In this document: positions 1 to 8,921 of the stretch, one piece after another | How the letters are laid out: every line of letters begins with the position of its first letter | How positions within the stretch are numbered: position 1 is the first letter of the stretch | Origin: Myxococcota bacterium | GTDB lineage: Bacteria; Myxococcota; JACRCW01 | DNA length: 36,385 nucleotides | Assembly (NCBI GenBank): GCA_040752415.1 | Contig: JBFMGU010000097.1 | Coordinates: forward strand, 1-36,385 | Direction: 5' to 3' | Program-made: the position numbers and the translations under genes | Notes under the pieces: generated by a model | Told to the model about the DNA's origin: nothing | Seen by the model: only the letters and a program-made list of their open reading frames with translations | Database searches by the model: none

Positions 1-335
1 TCCTGCATCCCCGGGATGCCAAGACCTATCTTGACGCGGCCATCTGTCCGTTCCGGCCCCACCTCGGTGGCCTGTTCACACTGGTGGCGCCGGTGAGCAC
101 CTTTCTCACGGGAGGAGGATTCGCGGCAGCCGCGGAACGTTCCATCCACTGGCTCTCGAGCCCCACCGACGAAGCAACCAAGCAGCTCTCCCAAAACACG
201 GGCATTCCCGTTCCCATGATCTACTGGGGCGCCATCCTTGGCGGCACGATGATTGGCGGTACCGCTGGGGCGATCGCCATCGGATCGTCGCTCGGGAACA
301 TCGCCGTGGTGAATGCGGACTGCAAAGATGGATGA
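1..335 (+). CDS. 3' part of a hypothetical, probably membrane-associated protein (5' end outside window)
   Basis: Frame is open from position 3 to TGA at 333-335; Gly/Ile/Ala-rich hydrophobic C-terminus (IYWGAILGGTMIGGTAGAIAIG). Confidence 0.55.
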   Translation, partial: LHPRDAKTYLDAAICPFRPHLGGLFTLVAPVSTFLTGGGFAAAAERSIHWLSSPTDEATKQLSQNTGIPVPMIYWGAILGGTMIGGTAGAIAIGSSLGNIAVVNADCKDG

Positions 336-485
336 CGCACCGGGTCCGTGCCGCGTCGCTCATGCCCAGACGGCCCCCCATGACGGCACGCGGGCCGTTC
401 GGACCATTGGCCGGGCACGTTCGGACAAGTTCCCGGGATGCGCGACAATCACCCGGGAACACTTCTGCAGCCTGCCTGGATGATT

Positions 486-653
486 CCGGGTGCTGCCGAG
501 ACATCCCCGGGTACTGCCGAGGTGGTCCCGGGTGCTGCCGAGACAATCCCGGCTACTGCCGAGGTGGTCCCGGGTGATTGTCGGGCGTTACCGGGTACTG
601 CCGAAGTGGTCCCGGGTGCTTGTCTAAGGGTCCCGGGTGATTGTCGGGCGGTC
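486..653. repeat. Tandem array of eight degenerate 21-bp units (CCGGGT..., e.g. ccgggtactgccgaggtggtc)
   Basis: Units start at 486, 507, 528, 549, 570, 591, 612 and 633. A 16-bp inverted copy (cgacaatcacccggga, 443-458) matches 568-583 and 631-646. Confidence 0.9.
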
Positions 654-675
654 CCAGGGTCTGCGCGACGCGCGC

Positions 676-1070
676 TCAGGCCGGCACGGGGCGGCGGCTG
701 GGACTAGCAGGGGCCGCCACGGTATCCTGCAGGTCGTCATCCGGCTCGGTGACGGCGCTGTCCACGATGTCCTCGACACCCGGCTTCAGCTTGCTCTCAC
801 CGGGGAAGAGGTTGTCCAGGCGCCAGCGCTTCCGCGCCAGCACATCGCCGCCGGCCATGGCGCCACCCCAGCGCCTCAGCCACAGCGCCAGGTCGTAGAG
901 GGAGGAGAGCAGCGCCTGCTTGCGCGCGGTGTTGCCGCGCCCCTCCGCGCCCAGCTTCACCCGCGCCCCCACCAGCCCGCCCAGCGCTTCATTGGCGTCG
1001 TTCAGGTCCTGCCACAACTCCCTGGCGCGACGAGGGCTGTCGAAATTGGAGAGCTCATCTTTCGTGGGTG
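676..1070 (-). pseudogene. 3' fragment of IS-interrupted hypothetical alpha-helical protein
   Basis: Open frame from the IS boundary (…KDELSNFDSPRRARELWQDL…) to the stop at 676-678; same strand as the 5' fragment on the other side of the IS. Confidence 0.7.
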
Positions 1071-1131
1071 TGGAGTTGACCCGTTTTGGTGGACACCTAC
1101 GAAAGGTCAGCAGACGTGAGAGGATGTCCCA

Positions 1132-1428
1132 ATGGAGAAGCGGAAGAAGCGTGTGTTCGATGCGGAGTTCAAGGCGGGGGCAGTCAAGTTGGTGCTCGAG
1201 GGCGGCAAGTCGGTGAGCCAGGTGGCTCGTGACCTCGGCATCGTGCCCTCCGTGCTTGGCAGCTGGGTCAAGCGTGTCAGGTCGGAGGCGGGCCCCAAGG
1301 GCGTCGGTGCCCTCAGCAGCGCCGAGCGAGAGGAGCTGGCGTCGCTGCGTAAGGAGAACCGCCGGCTGCAGATGGAGCGGGACTTCCTAAAAAAAGCGGC
1401 GGCCTTCTTCGCGAAGGAGAGTCCATGA
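1132..1428 (+). CDS. IS3-family transposase OrfA (HTH + leucine zipper)
   Basis: FDAEFKAGAVKLV…SVSQVARDLGI…W…LRKENRRLQMERDFLKKAAAFFAKE, typical of IS3 OrfA. Confidence 0.95.
   Translation: MEKRKKRVFDAEFKAGAVKLVLEGGKSVSQVARDLGIVPSVLGSWVKRVRSEAGPKGVGALSSAEREELASLRKENRRLQMERDFLKKAAAFFAKESP
1389..1396 (+). other. Programmed -1 frameshift slippery site (A7G) for OrfAB fusion
   Basis: AAAAAAAG at the LKKA codons near the end of orfA, the canonical IS3-family position. Confidence 0.75.
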
Positions 1429-2299
1429 AGTTCAGCTTCATGGCGGCGGAGAAGGCCAACTACCCGGTGCGCTTCATGTGCAGAATGCTGGGCGTGTCCG
1501 CCAGTGGCTTCTATGCGTCCCAGGTTCGCTCAGAATCGCCGCGGGCGGTCAGGGACCGGGAGCTGGCCGTCTCGGTGAAGAAGGCCCACCAGGAGAGCCG
1601 TGGGACCTACGGCAGCCCCCGCATCCACGCCGACCTCCGAGCCGATGGTGTCCGCGTCGGCCGCAAGCGGGTCGCGCGTCTGATGCGCCAGCAGGACATA
1701 CACGCGCGTCGGAAGCGGCGGTTCGTGAAGACGACCGACTCCCAGCACGAACACCCCGTGGCGCCCAACGTCCTGGAGCGCAACTTCCACGTCGACGAGC
1801 CCAACAAAGTCTGGGTCACCGACATCACGTACATTCCGACCCAGGAGGGTTGGCTGTACCTGGCGTCGATCCTGGACCTGTACTCTCGTCGGGTGGTGGG
1901 CTGGGCGATGGACGACAACATGGAGCGGGGATTGGTGCTGTCCGCCCTCAACATGGCCCTGGTTCACCGGCAACCACCCAGGACGCTCACCCATCACTCA
2001 GATCGTGGAAGCCAGTACGCAAGTGGCGACTACAGAGAAGCCCTCGCTCTCCACGGGATCGTCTGCAGCATGAGTCGCAAGGGTGATTGCTGGGATAACG
2101 CGGTGGCGGAGAGCTTCTTCGCCACGCTCAAGAAGGAGTTGTTCACGACGTCAACTTCAAGACGAGGCAGCAAGCGAAAGACAGCATTTTTGAGTGGATT
2201 GAAGTCTTCTACAACCGGAAGCGTCGCCATTCGACACTGGAGTACATGACTCCGGCAGAGTACGAGCGCGTCCGATCAGCGGCCCCGAAGGCTGCCTGA
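1425..2299 (+). pseudogene. IS3-family transposase OrfB (DDE) with a 1-nt frameshift near 2141
   Basis: WVTDITYI, HHSDRGSQY, DNAVAESFFATLKKE. The expected C-terminus (VHDVNFKTRQQAKDSIFEWIEVFYNRKRRHSTLEY…KAA*) continues in another frame to TGA 2297-2299. Confidence 0.85.
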
Positions 2300-2331
2300 T
2301 CACACCCGTCCACTGAAACGGGTCAGCTTCA

Positions 2332-2897
2332 GTGCGCAGGACTTCGGCGACAGCGCGATAGAGCGCACGAGGACTTCCCGTGGCCTTGCGCACGTCAAAC
2401 GCCGACATGGGGATGTCATTGGCCACACCGCGCTTGGCGAACCGAAGCCGCTTGTCCAGCACGTTGGCCATGGCGGCCTGCACGTCCTCCCCCACGGTCT
2501 CCCGCTTCACTTTCGTGGTCCGGCGCACCACGCCCACCTTCTCCAACTCCTCGACGTGCAACTGAAGCATTTCCAGGCGGCGCTGCGTGACGGGCATTTC
2601 CTCTTCGCGGAAGCGCTTCAGGTCGGCGTCCGGCTCGGAGACCATCTCCTCGATGTCGCTGAGCAGGGGATCGATGGGGTAGCGGAAGAGGTCGCCCTTG
2701 CGCTTGAAGGCGCGCATCCGCTCGGCCACGCGCCGCTCCAAAATCGTCTTCAGCGGGCCCGTGGTGGGGATGACCACCGCTGCCTGCGTGCGCACACGCG
2801 TGCGGTTGGTGGAGCGCGAAGCGAGTTGGTTGCGCAGCCCGCGGCCTTGGTCTTTTTGGTAGCCTTGTGCTGTCCCCTCTGTGAGTGACGACGTCAT
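2332..2897 (-). pseudogene. 5' fragment of IS-interrupted hypothetical alpha-helical protein
   Basis: ATG at 2897, 21 nt after the NACHT gene stop; protein-like charged helical sequence up to …AVAEVLRT, after which the ORF reads into the IS right end. Confidence 0.7.
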
Positions 2898-2918
2898 GCC
2901 TCAACTACGCATTGAGCG

Positions 2919-4538
2919 TCAACCGGTCGGGACGCCCTTCAACCAATCTCGCATCCTGCCGATAGCGGCGGAATTGTCACGCAGAAGGTCTTCGACCAAC
3001 GATCTCACTCGCACCCAACCTGGATGCAGTGGGGATGGTAGGGGAAGCCCCCCGGGGAGGAGGTAGGCAATCTGCCTGGCGGCAAGGAAAGTCTCCAGAG
3101 ATTGCGTCCAAAAGCGGTATGCGCCCGGCGAGCAAGACACCAACATGGCCCCATCCTCGAAAACTCTTGCCATCCGCCTCGCTTCCTCTTCGCTTGTCTC
3201 ACCACGACTCTCGTCCGCCAATGCCTGCATGACCTCTCGGATGCGCACTTGCTGGGCGTCACCAAAGACGACGCCGAGGGCGAGGCGGCGGAGCACTCTC
3301 CGCGCAAATGCGCTGGGCACGGCATACCGAAATGGCTCACTCAGGAAATCCACCGGTCGCATCTCCCCGGTGAGTCCTCGACGAAGGGTGCGCATCCAGG
3401 CGTGGTATCCGATGACGGAGAAGCGAGGGGCCGGCAGCGTCTCCGTCAACAGCGTCAGGCTGTGCTCCAATGCGGCCAGAATGGAGTCCACGTCGGCGCT
3501 TGGATCATCCTCGACAAGGAGGCGGCCCCAAAGGGTGCGCGCCCGGTCGACAGTCCACGCAGGGAGAGGTCGAACCGCCCACCCAGAAGGGACCCGCGTC
3601 CCTTGCCGTCCGGCAATGAGGATCCGCATTCGCGGCCACTGGTCAGCTAGGCGCTCGAATGCCATCGCCAGACGCCCTTGCTGCGGTTCCGGCAACTCGT
3701 CCAAGCCATCGCACAGCAGCACCAACTCGCCCTTCTGTGCCAGCCCGTAGACAAAGTCAGGAGTTCGCCTCAGTTGTTCGGGTACGCGAAGGTTCGTCAC
3801 AGTCGCGAGGTTCAGTTCATCGACTCGCGAAAGCTCCATCGCTCCCACGAGGACAGGAACGCTCGAGCCGACACGTCCGGAGGCCATGAACCACATCAGA
3901 TTGAACATCATGGTGGTCTTGCCGCTCCCCGGCACGTCGAGGATTGCACTTCGAATGTTCTCATGGAGCCAGATTGCGATCTCATTCCAATCTTCGTGCA
4001 CAAGGTACGCGAGTGGCTCCTTGAGCAGTTCGCCCAGGCCTTCCTCCCGGAGGTAGTCCAGGTATGCCGATGTCGATTCCACCATTTCGTCCGGAACAAT
4101 CTCGAGGTCGGACGGCGTCACCAACATGGCGCGCCAGTGAAACAAGTCGGGGGCGCGGACCGGAAAGCTGGCAAGCTCGCCTTCCGGAATCCAGAAGATC
4201 ACAGCGGCCCGCACCTCCCGGAGCCGGTCCCGGTTCACATTGAGCACGGCCTCAACGTACGCACGCCGCTCGTCGTTCAGGTTCTCCAGCCCATGCACGA
4301 GGACGATGGGATTCTCCAGCCCCGACCGCGTCACGGCCCCAACCAGATCCTCCCCACCCTTTTGGTCCAGGCGGTGCCACAGGGCGGGTCGGTCAGCCGG
4401 GAGCACCGCTCGAATGCGCTCCAATGCTGCGCGGGCGCGGAAGGGAGGCCCCGCCACAAAGATGAGTGCCAGCGGCTCCGACAGTTCGACCGTGCGTCGA
4501 ATTCGCTCCAGCGCGCCGTCAGAAGAGCCCGCCATCAC
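2919..4538 (-). CDS. NACHT-like STAND NTPase with N-terminal 'APDLFHWR' domain
   Basis: Walker A DVPGSGKTT, VPVLV strand, Walker B LVLLCDGLDEL, sensor-1 ILIAGR, WHD-like YRFWTQSLETFLAA; start overlaps the upstream ATPase stop. Confidence 0.8.
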   Translation of the reverse strand: MMAGSSDGALERIRRTVELSEPLALIFVAGPPFRARAALERIRAVLPADRPALWHRLDQKGGEDLVGAVTRSGLENPIVLVHGLENLNDERRAYVEAVLNVNRDRLREVRAAVIFWIPEGELASFPVRAPDLFHWRAMLVTPSDLEIVPDEMVESTSAYLDYLREEGLGELLKEPLAYLVHEDWNEIAIWLHENIRSAILDVPGSGKTTMMFNLMWFMASGRVGSSVPVLVGAMELSRVDELNLATVTNLRVPEQLRRTPDFVYGLAQKGELVLLCDGLDELPEPQQGRLAMAFERLADQWPRMRILIAGRQGTRVPSGWAVRPLPAWTVDRARTLWGRLLVEDDPSADVDSILAALEHSLTLLTETLPAPRFSVIGYHAWMRTLRRGLTGEMRPVDFLSEPFRYAVPSAFARRVLRRLALGVVFGDAQQVRIREVMQALADESRGETSEEEARRMARVFEDGAMLVSCSPGAYRFWTQSLETFLAARQIAYLLPGGLPLPSPLHPGWVRVRSLVEDLLRDNSAAIGRMRDWLKGVPTG

Positions 4539-5863
4539 AAATCCCGACGCGCGCCACGCAGCACCGGATGAGGCTCGAACCAGACCTTGCCGTTCGAATA
4601 CGGAAGCACGTACCCGCTGAGCAACAGGCGCGCGGACTCTTCGGTGAGTCCTTTAGGCTCTCCGTACTGCTTGACGTGCTTGAGTTCGTCCACGCGATTT
4701 GTGGTCAGGGTAACCTCGAACTCCTTGCGCATCTCAGTGATGGCGTCTGCTGCCATCTGGCCCGTGACGATGGCGCCGCCTTGCTTGCTCGCCTCCGCAT
4801 GCGCCAGCGCGCAACAGCGGTTGACCAGGTGCACCAAGTCCCGCAGGACGCCTCCAGACGCAGTGATGATCGACGCCAGCGCGTCGCCAGAGAAGGCTTG
4901 GTCCACGTCGACGCCGTGGTACCGGAGGCGTCGCTCCACCACCTCCCGCATGGCGCGACAACCCGCCGTGATCTTGTCACCAGCGACGTCAAGCTCGAGG
5001 CGATCCACCAGCTCCTTGGGAGGTCGCGCCACGACAACATTCGTGAGGCGTTCCTGCTTGAAGGCTGCGCTGGCCGCATGCCACTCGGTGGAGAGCATGA
5101 GCGTGATGGGGCCGGAGTACACGATCGGGACCTTGGGCCGGGCCAGGAGTCTCGTTGTGGTGAAGAGCGCCCGAATCGTGGCGAGGTCAGTGACCTTGTC
5201 CAGGCCGTCAACGAGCAGCATCGGCGGGTCCATCCTGGCGGCGACGTCCGAGAGCACCGCGTCGACGGCCAGCACCAACTTCTCGACCTCCGGCTCCCCC
5301 TCCTTCACGTGACGCGTGGCCCCCCCGAGGAGCGCCTTGACGAACGCTCCAGCCGGAGCGGCAAGGGCACCTGCGGACGCATCCATGGCCGTGGCAAAGA
5401 GGGAGACGCCTTCGATGAGGCTTTCCACATCGACCTGGGAGCGGCGGTCCTTGGGGTCGATCAGGTCGTGGAAGGCAGACGACAATTCACTGAGCGACGC
5501 ACCCGAGACATCGTGTCCATCACGTCTGGCACGCACCACCGCTGCGGCGCCAAGGAGGAAAAGCACCTCGGGGGGCGTGAGGCTGTCCACGCGCGCACTG
5601 GACGCTGCCAGGTCGACGCCGATGACGGTGTGGTCCTTCCAGAGCTTGTTGGCCAGGTGCACCAGTTCGGAGCTCTTGCCGCTGCCCATGGAGCCACAGA
5701 CAACCCACTTCCCAACCTCCTCCAGCGGCAGCGCTTGCAGGATCCGGTCAGCCGTTGCCCCCGGACGCTGGACATAGAGTTCTTTCTCTTCGGTCTCCGC
5801 GAGCCTGAGCTTGGGGTCAAACCGCTTGTAGAGCTTGACCCAGGTTTCCGACGAGAGCGCCAT
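4535..5863 (-). CDS. P-loop ATPase (AAA+/STAND-like), uncharacterised
   Basis: Walker A GSMGSGKSSEL, Walker B LLVDGLDK, SGGVLRDL helical motif, C-terminal LPYSNGKVWFEPHP. Confidence 0.85.
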   Translation of the reverse strand: MALSSETWVKLYKRFDPKLRLAETEEKELYVQRPGATADRILQALPLEEVGKWVVCGSMGSGKSSELVHLANKLWKDHTVIGVDLAASSARVDSLTPPEVLFLLGAAAVVRARRDGHDVSGASLSELSSAFHDLIDPKDRRSQVDVESLIEGVSLFATAMDASAGALAAPAGAFVKALLGGATRHVKEGEPEVEKLVLAVDAVLSDVAARMDPPMLLVDGLDKVTDLATIRALFTTTRLLARPKVPIVYSGPITLMLSTEWHAASAAFKQERLTNVVVARPPKELVDRLELDVAGDKITAGCRAMREVVERRLRYHGVDVDQAFSGDALASIITASGGVLRDLVHLVNRCCALAHAEASKQGGAIVTGQMAADAITEMRKEFEVTLTTNRVDELKHVKQYGEPKGLTEESARLLLSGYVLPYSNGKVWFEPHPVLRGARRDL

Positions 5864-5956
5864 GGCGCAGCGTTATAGCGCCGTGCACGTCGGGACGGCC
5901 AGCAGTTGGGGCTCCGTGCCGCACGCGATGTCATGAGACGCATGACGCGGCGAGAG

Positions 5957-7612
5957 TCAGCCCGCCAACGACAACGCCAATTCCGCACCAGGCGGCATGT
6001 GCGGCAGGGGCAGCGCCGAGACCTCCGGGTCCGCCGCCGCCAGGTGCACCTGGAAGCGGGTGCCCACGTCCACCTCGGAATCCACGGTGATGACCCCGCC
6101 GTGACGACGGACCAGCTCCTGGCAGATGGACAATCCCAGCCCCGTGCCCTGCCCTTCCGCCTTGGTGGAGAAGAACGGCTGGAACACCCGACGCACGTGG
6201 TGCGGCGCAATCCCGCGTCCGCGGTCGCCCACCTCCACCAGCACGCGGTCCCCCTGCCGGCACGTGCGCACCGTGATCTGACGACGTGACGGCTCCAATC
6301 CCTCCACCGCGTGCGCGGCGTTGGTGACCAGGTTGATCACCACCTGGCTCATCCGGCCCACGCTGCCCAGCACCTCCACGTCGTCGCCAAGCTGGAGCTG
6401 CACGCGGGCGCCGGCTTCGCGCAGGGCGGGGGTGCAGATGCGCATGGCGGCGTGCACCGCGTCGTTGATGTCGAAACGTTGGTCCAGGGCCGCGTCGGTG
6501 CGGGAGAGTGAGCGCATGTCGCGCACAATCTCGCGGATGCGCTGCGCGCCCTCGGTGGCGTCGGTGAGCATCTCCGCCACGTTCCCCACGGCGCGAGAGC
6601 GCGCCACCGGGTCATCCGCCTGCAAGGCGTCCAGCTCCTCGGTCATGCCCTTGAGGCTGGCCAGCACCCAGGTGACGGGGTTGTTGATCTCGTGCGCCAC
6701 GCCGGCGGCCAGCTGACCAATCGCGGCCAGGCGTTCCTGCGCGGCCATCTCACGGGTGAGCCTCAGGTTGTCCACCGCCAGCGCGACGCCCATGGCCAGC
6801 AGGCTCATGCGCTGCAGCTCCCTCTGACGGAAGGGCCGGTTGGCGCCGTGGCGCCCCACGCTGAGCACGCCCAGCAGCCGCGTCCCCACCACCAGCGGAT
6901 ACACCACGGAGGAGCGCGTGCGTCGCCGACCCACCAGGTCCGCGAAGCGCGGGTCCACCGGCCCCCGGGCCTGGATGAGCGCGGGCTTGCGGTCGGCGGC
7001 CACCCGCCCCGCCACGCCTTCTCCCAGCGCCACGGTGGTCTGCGCCACCAGCTCGTCGGAGAGGCCGTGCGCGCCGGCAATCACCAGCTGCCCCAGGTCA
7101 TTGAGCAGCATGAGCGAGGCGGTGTCCGCGTCCAGGTCCTGGCGCACCACGCCGACGATGTGATTGGCCAGCACCGCCGGGTCGGAGGTCTCCGTGAAGG
7201 CCATTCCCCGCGGTGGTGCATGCGCCTCCACCGCCGCACGACGCTTCTCCAGCGCCCGGTCCACCGCCGCCGTGAGCGCGGAGAGATGCAGCGGCTTCTC
7301 CACCACGTCGTACGCGCCGCCGCGCACGCAGGCGATCAGTGTCTCCACGTCGGCGTACGCGGTGACCACGATGAACGGCGTCTCCGGCGCCAGCGTGCGC
7401 AGCTCGGAGAGGAGGCGCAGTCCGTCGCGCCCCGGCATGCGGATGTCGGAGAGGACCACGTCGAACTCGTTGAACTCCAGCTGCTCCAACGCGCTGGCGC
7501 AGTCCGTGGCCACCACCACGGTGTGCCCGGCGCGCGTGAGCGTGGCGGAGAGGATGCGACAGATTGCCGGGTCGTCGTCCACGACCAGGATGTGCGTTCC
7601 CGTGGCGCTCAA
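5957..7612 (-). CDS. Hybrid sensor histidine kinase (REC-GAF-HisKA-HATPase)
   Basis: ILVVDDD…SDIRMPG…KP receiver; GAF-like segment; H-box AAGVAHEINNP; N-box NLVTNA; D/F/G boxes DRGRGI, FQPFFSTK, GTGLGLSI. Confidence 0.92.
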   Translation of the reverse strand: MSATGTHILVVDDDPAICRILSATLTRAGHTVVVATDCASALEQLEFNEFDVVLSDIRMPGRDGLRLLSELRTLAPETPFIVVTAYADVETLIACVRGGAYDVVEKPLHLSALTAAVDRALEKRRAAVEAHAPPRGMAFTETSDPAVLANHIVGVVRQDLDADTASLMLLNDLGQLVIAGAHGLSDELVAQTTVALGEGVAGRVAADRKPALIQARGPVDPRFADLVGRRRTRSSVVYPLVVGTRLLGVLSVGRHGANRPFRQRELQRMSLLAMGVALAVDNLRLTREMAAQERLAAIGQLAAGVAHEINNPVTWVLASLKGMTEELDALQADDPVARSRAVGNVAEMLTDATEGAQRIREIVRDMRSLSRTDAALDQRFDINDAVHAAMRICTPALREAGARVQLQLGDDVEVLGSVGRMSQVVINLVTNAAHAVEGLEPSRRQITVRTCRQGDRVLVEVGDRGRGIAPHHVRRVFQPFFSTKAEGQGTGLGLSICQELVRRHGGVITVDSEVDVGTRFQVHLAAADPEVSALPLPHMPPGAELALSLAG

Positions 7613-7875
7613 CGTTCACCTCCCCTCCCCGCGCCGTGACCTCGGCCCGGGTCATCCCGCGCAAGGAATTGCAGGCACCGTGCCCGGACGTGGCGAGGGA
7701 AATTCCCTGGAGCCGGGCGGTGCGCGGTGGACGGTTGGGGCGGATGCGCCCCGTGGTGGGGACAATGTGCCGTGGCAGCGCCGCCCCGCCTCCCGGGCAT
7801 GAACGCGCCGGTCCGCCGGTTGGGGATGGCCAGGAAGTGTCCTGGGCGAGCAAAATCTGCGAAAACCCCACCGTC

Positions 7876-8316
7876 GTGCGTTCCGGCAACCTCACCCCTC
7901 CCAGGACTCCAGTTCCGTCGTCGAGCTCATCCCCGCGCGCCGGGGCATCCGGGCGTCCCGTGGTCATGGTGGTGGATGATGACCAGGGCATCCGCACCTC
8001 GCTCCGGGACGTGCTGGAGCTGAGCGGGTACGAGGTCTGGACCTTTGCCGACGGCACCTCCGCGCTCGCCTGGCTGCGCAATGGCGGTCGGGCGCCGCAG
8101 GCCATCCTGCTGGACCTGGTGATGGCCGGCATGGACGGCTGGGCATTCCGGGAGGCGCAGCTCAAGGATCCCGCCGTGGCGGACATCCCGGTGATCGTGG
8201 TGTCGTCGGCGGACCGCTGGAGGGAGCGCCCCATCCAGGCCGACGGCTACCTGGAGAAGCCCTACCTGCCCCCGGTCATGCTCGCCGAGATCGAGCGCGT
8301 CCGACGCCGCAAGTAG
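7876..8316 (+). CDS. Single-domain response regulator (receiver); start uncertain
   Basis: VMVVDDD…ILLDLVMAGMDG…VIVVSS…YLEKPY. The upstream ORF extension to 7564 overlaps the kinase and looks non-coding. Confidence 0.85.
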   Translation: MRSGNLTPPRTPVPSSSSSPRAGASGRPVVMVVDDDQGIRTSLRDVLELSGYEVWTFADGTSALAWLRNGGRAPQAILLDLVMAGMDGWAFREAQLKDPAVADIPVIVVSSADRWRERPIQADGYLEKPYLPPVMLAEIERVRRRK

Positions 8317-8331
8317 GCCGCGCGGCCTTTT
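8315..8331 (+). terminator. Possible weak intrinsic terminator
   Basis: aggcc-gcgc-ggcct hairpin at the stop codon, followed by a short T run. Confidence 0.3.
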
Positions 8332-8391
8332 CGTCGTATTGCCAACGCCCGGGGGGAGGCGCACAGTGTCGCCCTCGTCGGGAGGGTGGTC

Positions 8392-8898
8392 ATGGATCAC
8401 ATCAAGGAGCTGGCGGCCCGCGTGCGCACGGAGCCCGCGGCGATGGCGGATTTGTTCAAGACGGTGTGCCGGGAGGTGGTGGGGCGGGTGGGCTCCACGC
8501 GGGCCAGCATCTGGTCCTTCAACGACGCGGGCGACGAGATCACCTGCGAGTGCCTGCTGGACACCTGGGACGGGAAGTACTCGCAGGGCGTGAAGCTCAA
8601 GCAGCAGGACTTCCCGGAGTACTTCGCCGCCATCAAGAATGACCTGAAGGTGGTGGCCACGGAGGCGCGCACCCACGTCGCCACGTCGTGCTTCACCAAG
8701 GACTACTTCGGTCCGCTGGACATCCACTCCCTGCTGGACTTCGTCATCCTGTCCAAGGGGGAGCCGGTGGGCGTGCTGTGCTGCGAGCACTGCGGCCAGG
8801 TGAAGCAGTGGACGGACGAGCACGTGGAGCTGTTGCACCAGCTCTCCACCATCCTCAGCCTGGTGTGGAAGTACCGGACCGTCGCGGCGGCGCCCTGA
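8392..8898 (+). CDS. Stand-alone GAF domain protein
   Basis: GGAGG at 8381-8385; RASIW…DFPEYFAAI…YFGPLDIHSLLD…VGVLCCEH…RQW-like (KQWT) GAF pattern. Confidence 0.85.
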   Translation: MDHIKELAARVRTEPAAMADLFKTVCREVVGRVGSTRASIWSFNDAGDEITCECLLDTWDGKYSQGVKLKQQDFPEYFAAIKNDLKVVATEARTHVATSCFTKDYFGPLDIHSLLDFVILSKGEPVGVLCCEHCGQVKQWTDEHVELLHQLSTILSLVWKYRTVAAAP

Positions 8899-8921
8899 CG
8901 GTCACTCGTCGTCAAGACGTC

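Larger units (their letters stand above)
1071..2331 (+). mobile_element. IS3-family insertion sequence, 1261 bp
   Basis: TG…CA ends. IRL tggagttgacccgttttggtggac (1071-1094) vs reverse complement of IRR tgaagctgacccgtttcagtggac, 20/24 identical. 3-bp GTG duplication at 1068-1070 and 2332-2334. orfA/orfB organisation. Confidence 0.95.

Noticed and set aside
486..653. CRISPR or TIGR-like guide array
   Set aside because: Units are contiguous degenerate copies with recurring variants, not repeats separated by unique spacers; no cas or Nop-domain gene is recognisable.
438..707. ORF with heptapeptide repeats (PGTAEVV…) and other ORFs across the array
   Set aside because: A 21-bp GC-rich period keeps several frames open on both strands; no SD and no preferred frame.
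2157..2331. C-terminus of the 246-aa minus-strand ORF
   Set aside because: Read-through into the IS3 right end, not part of the original gene.
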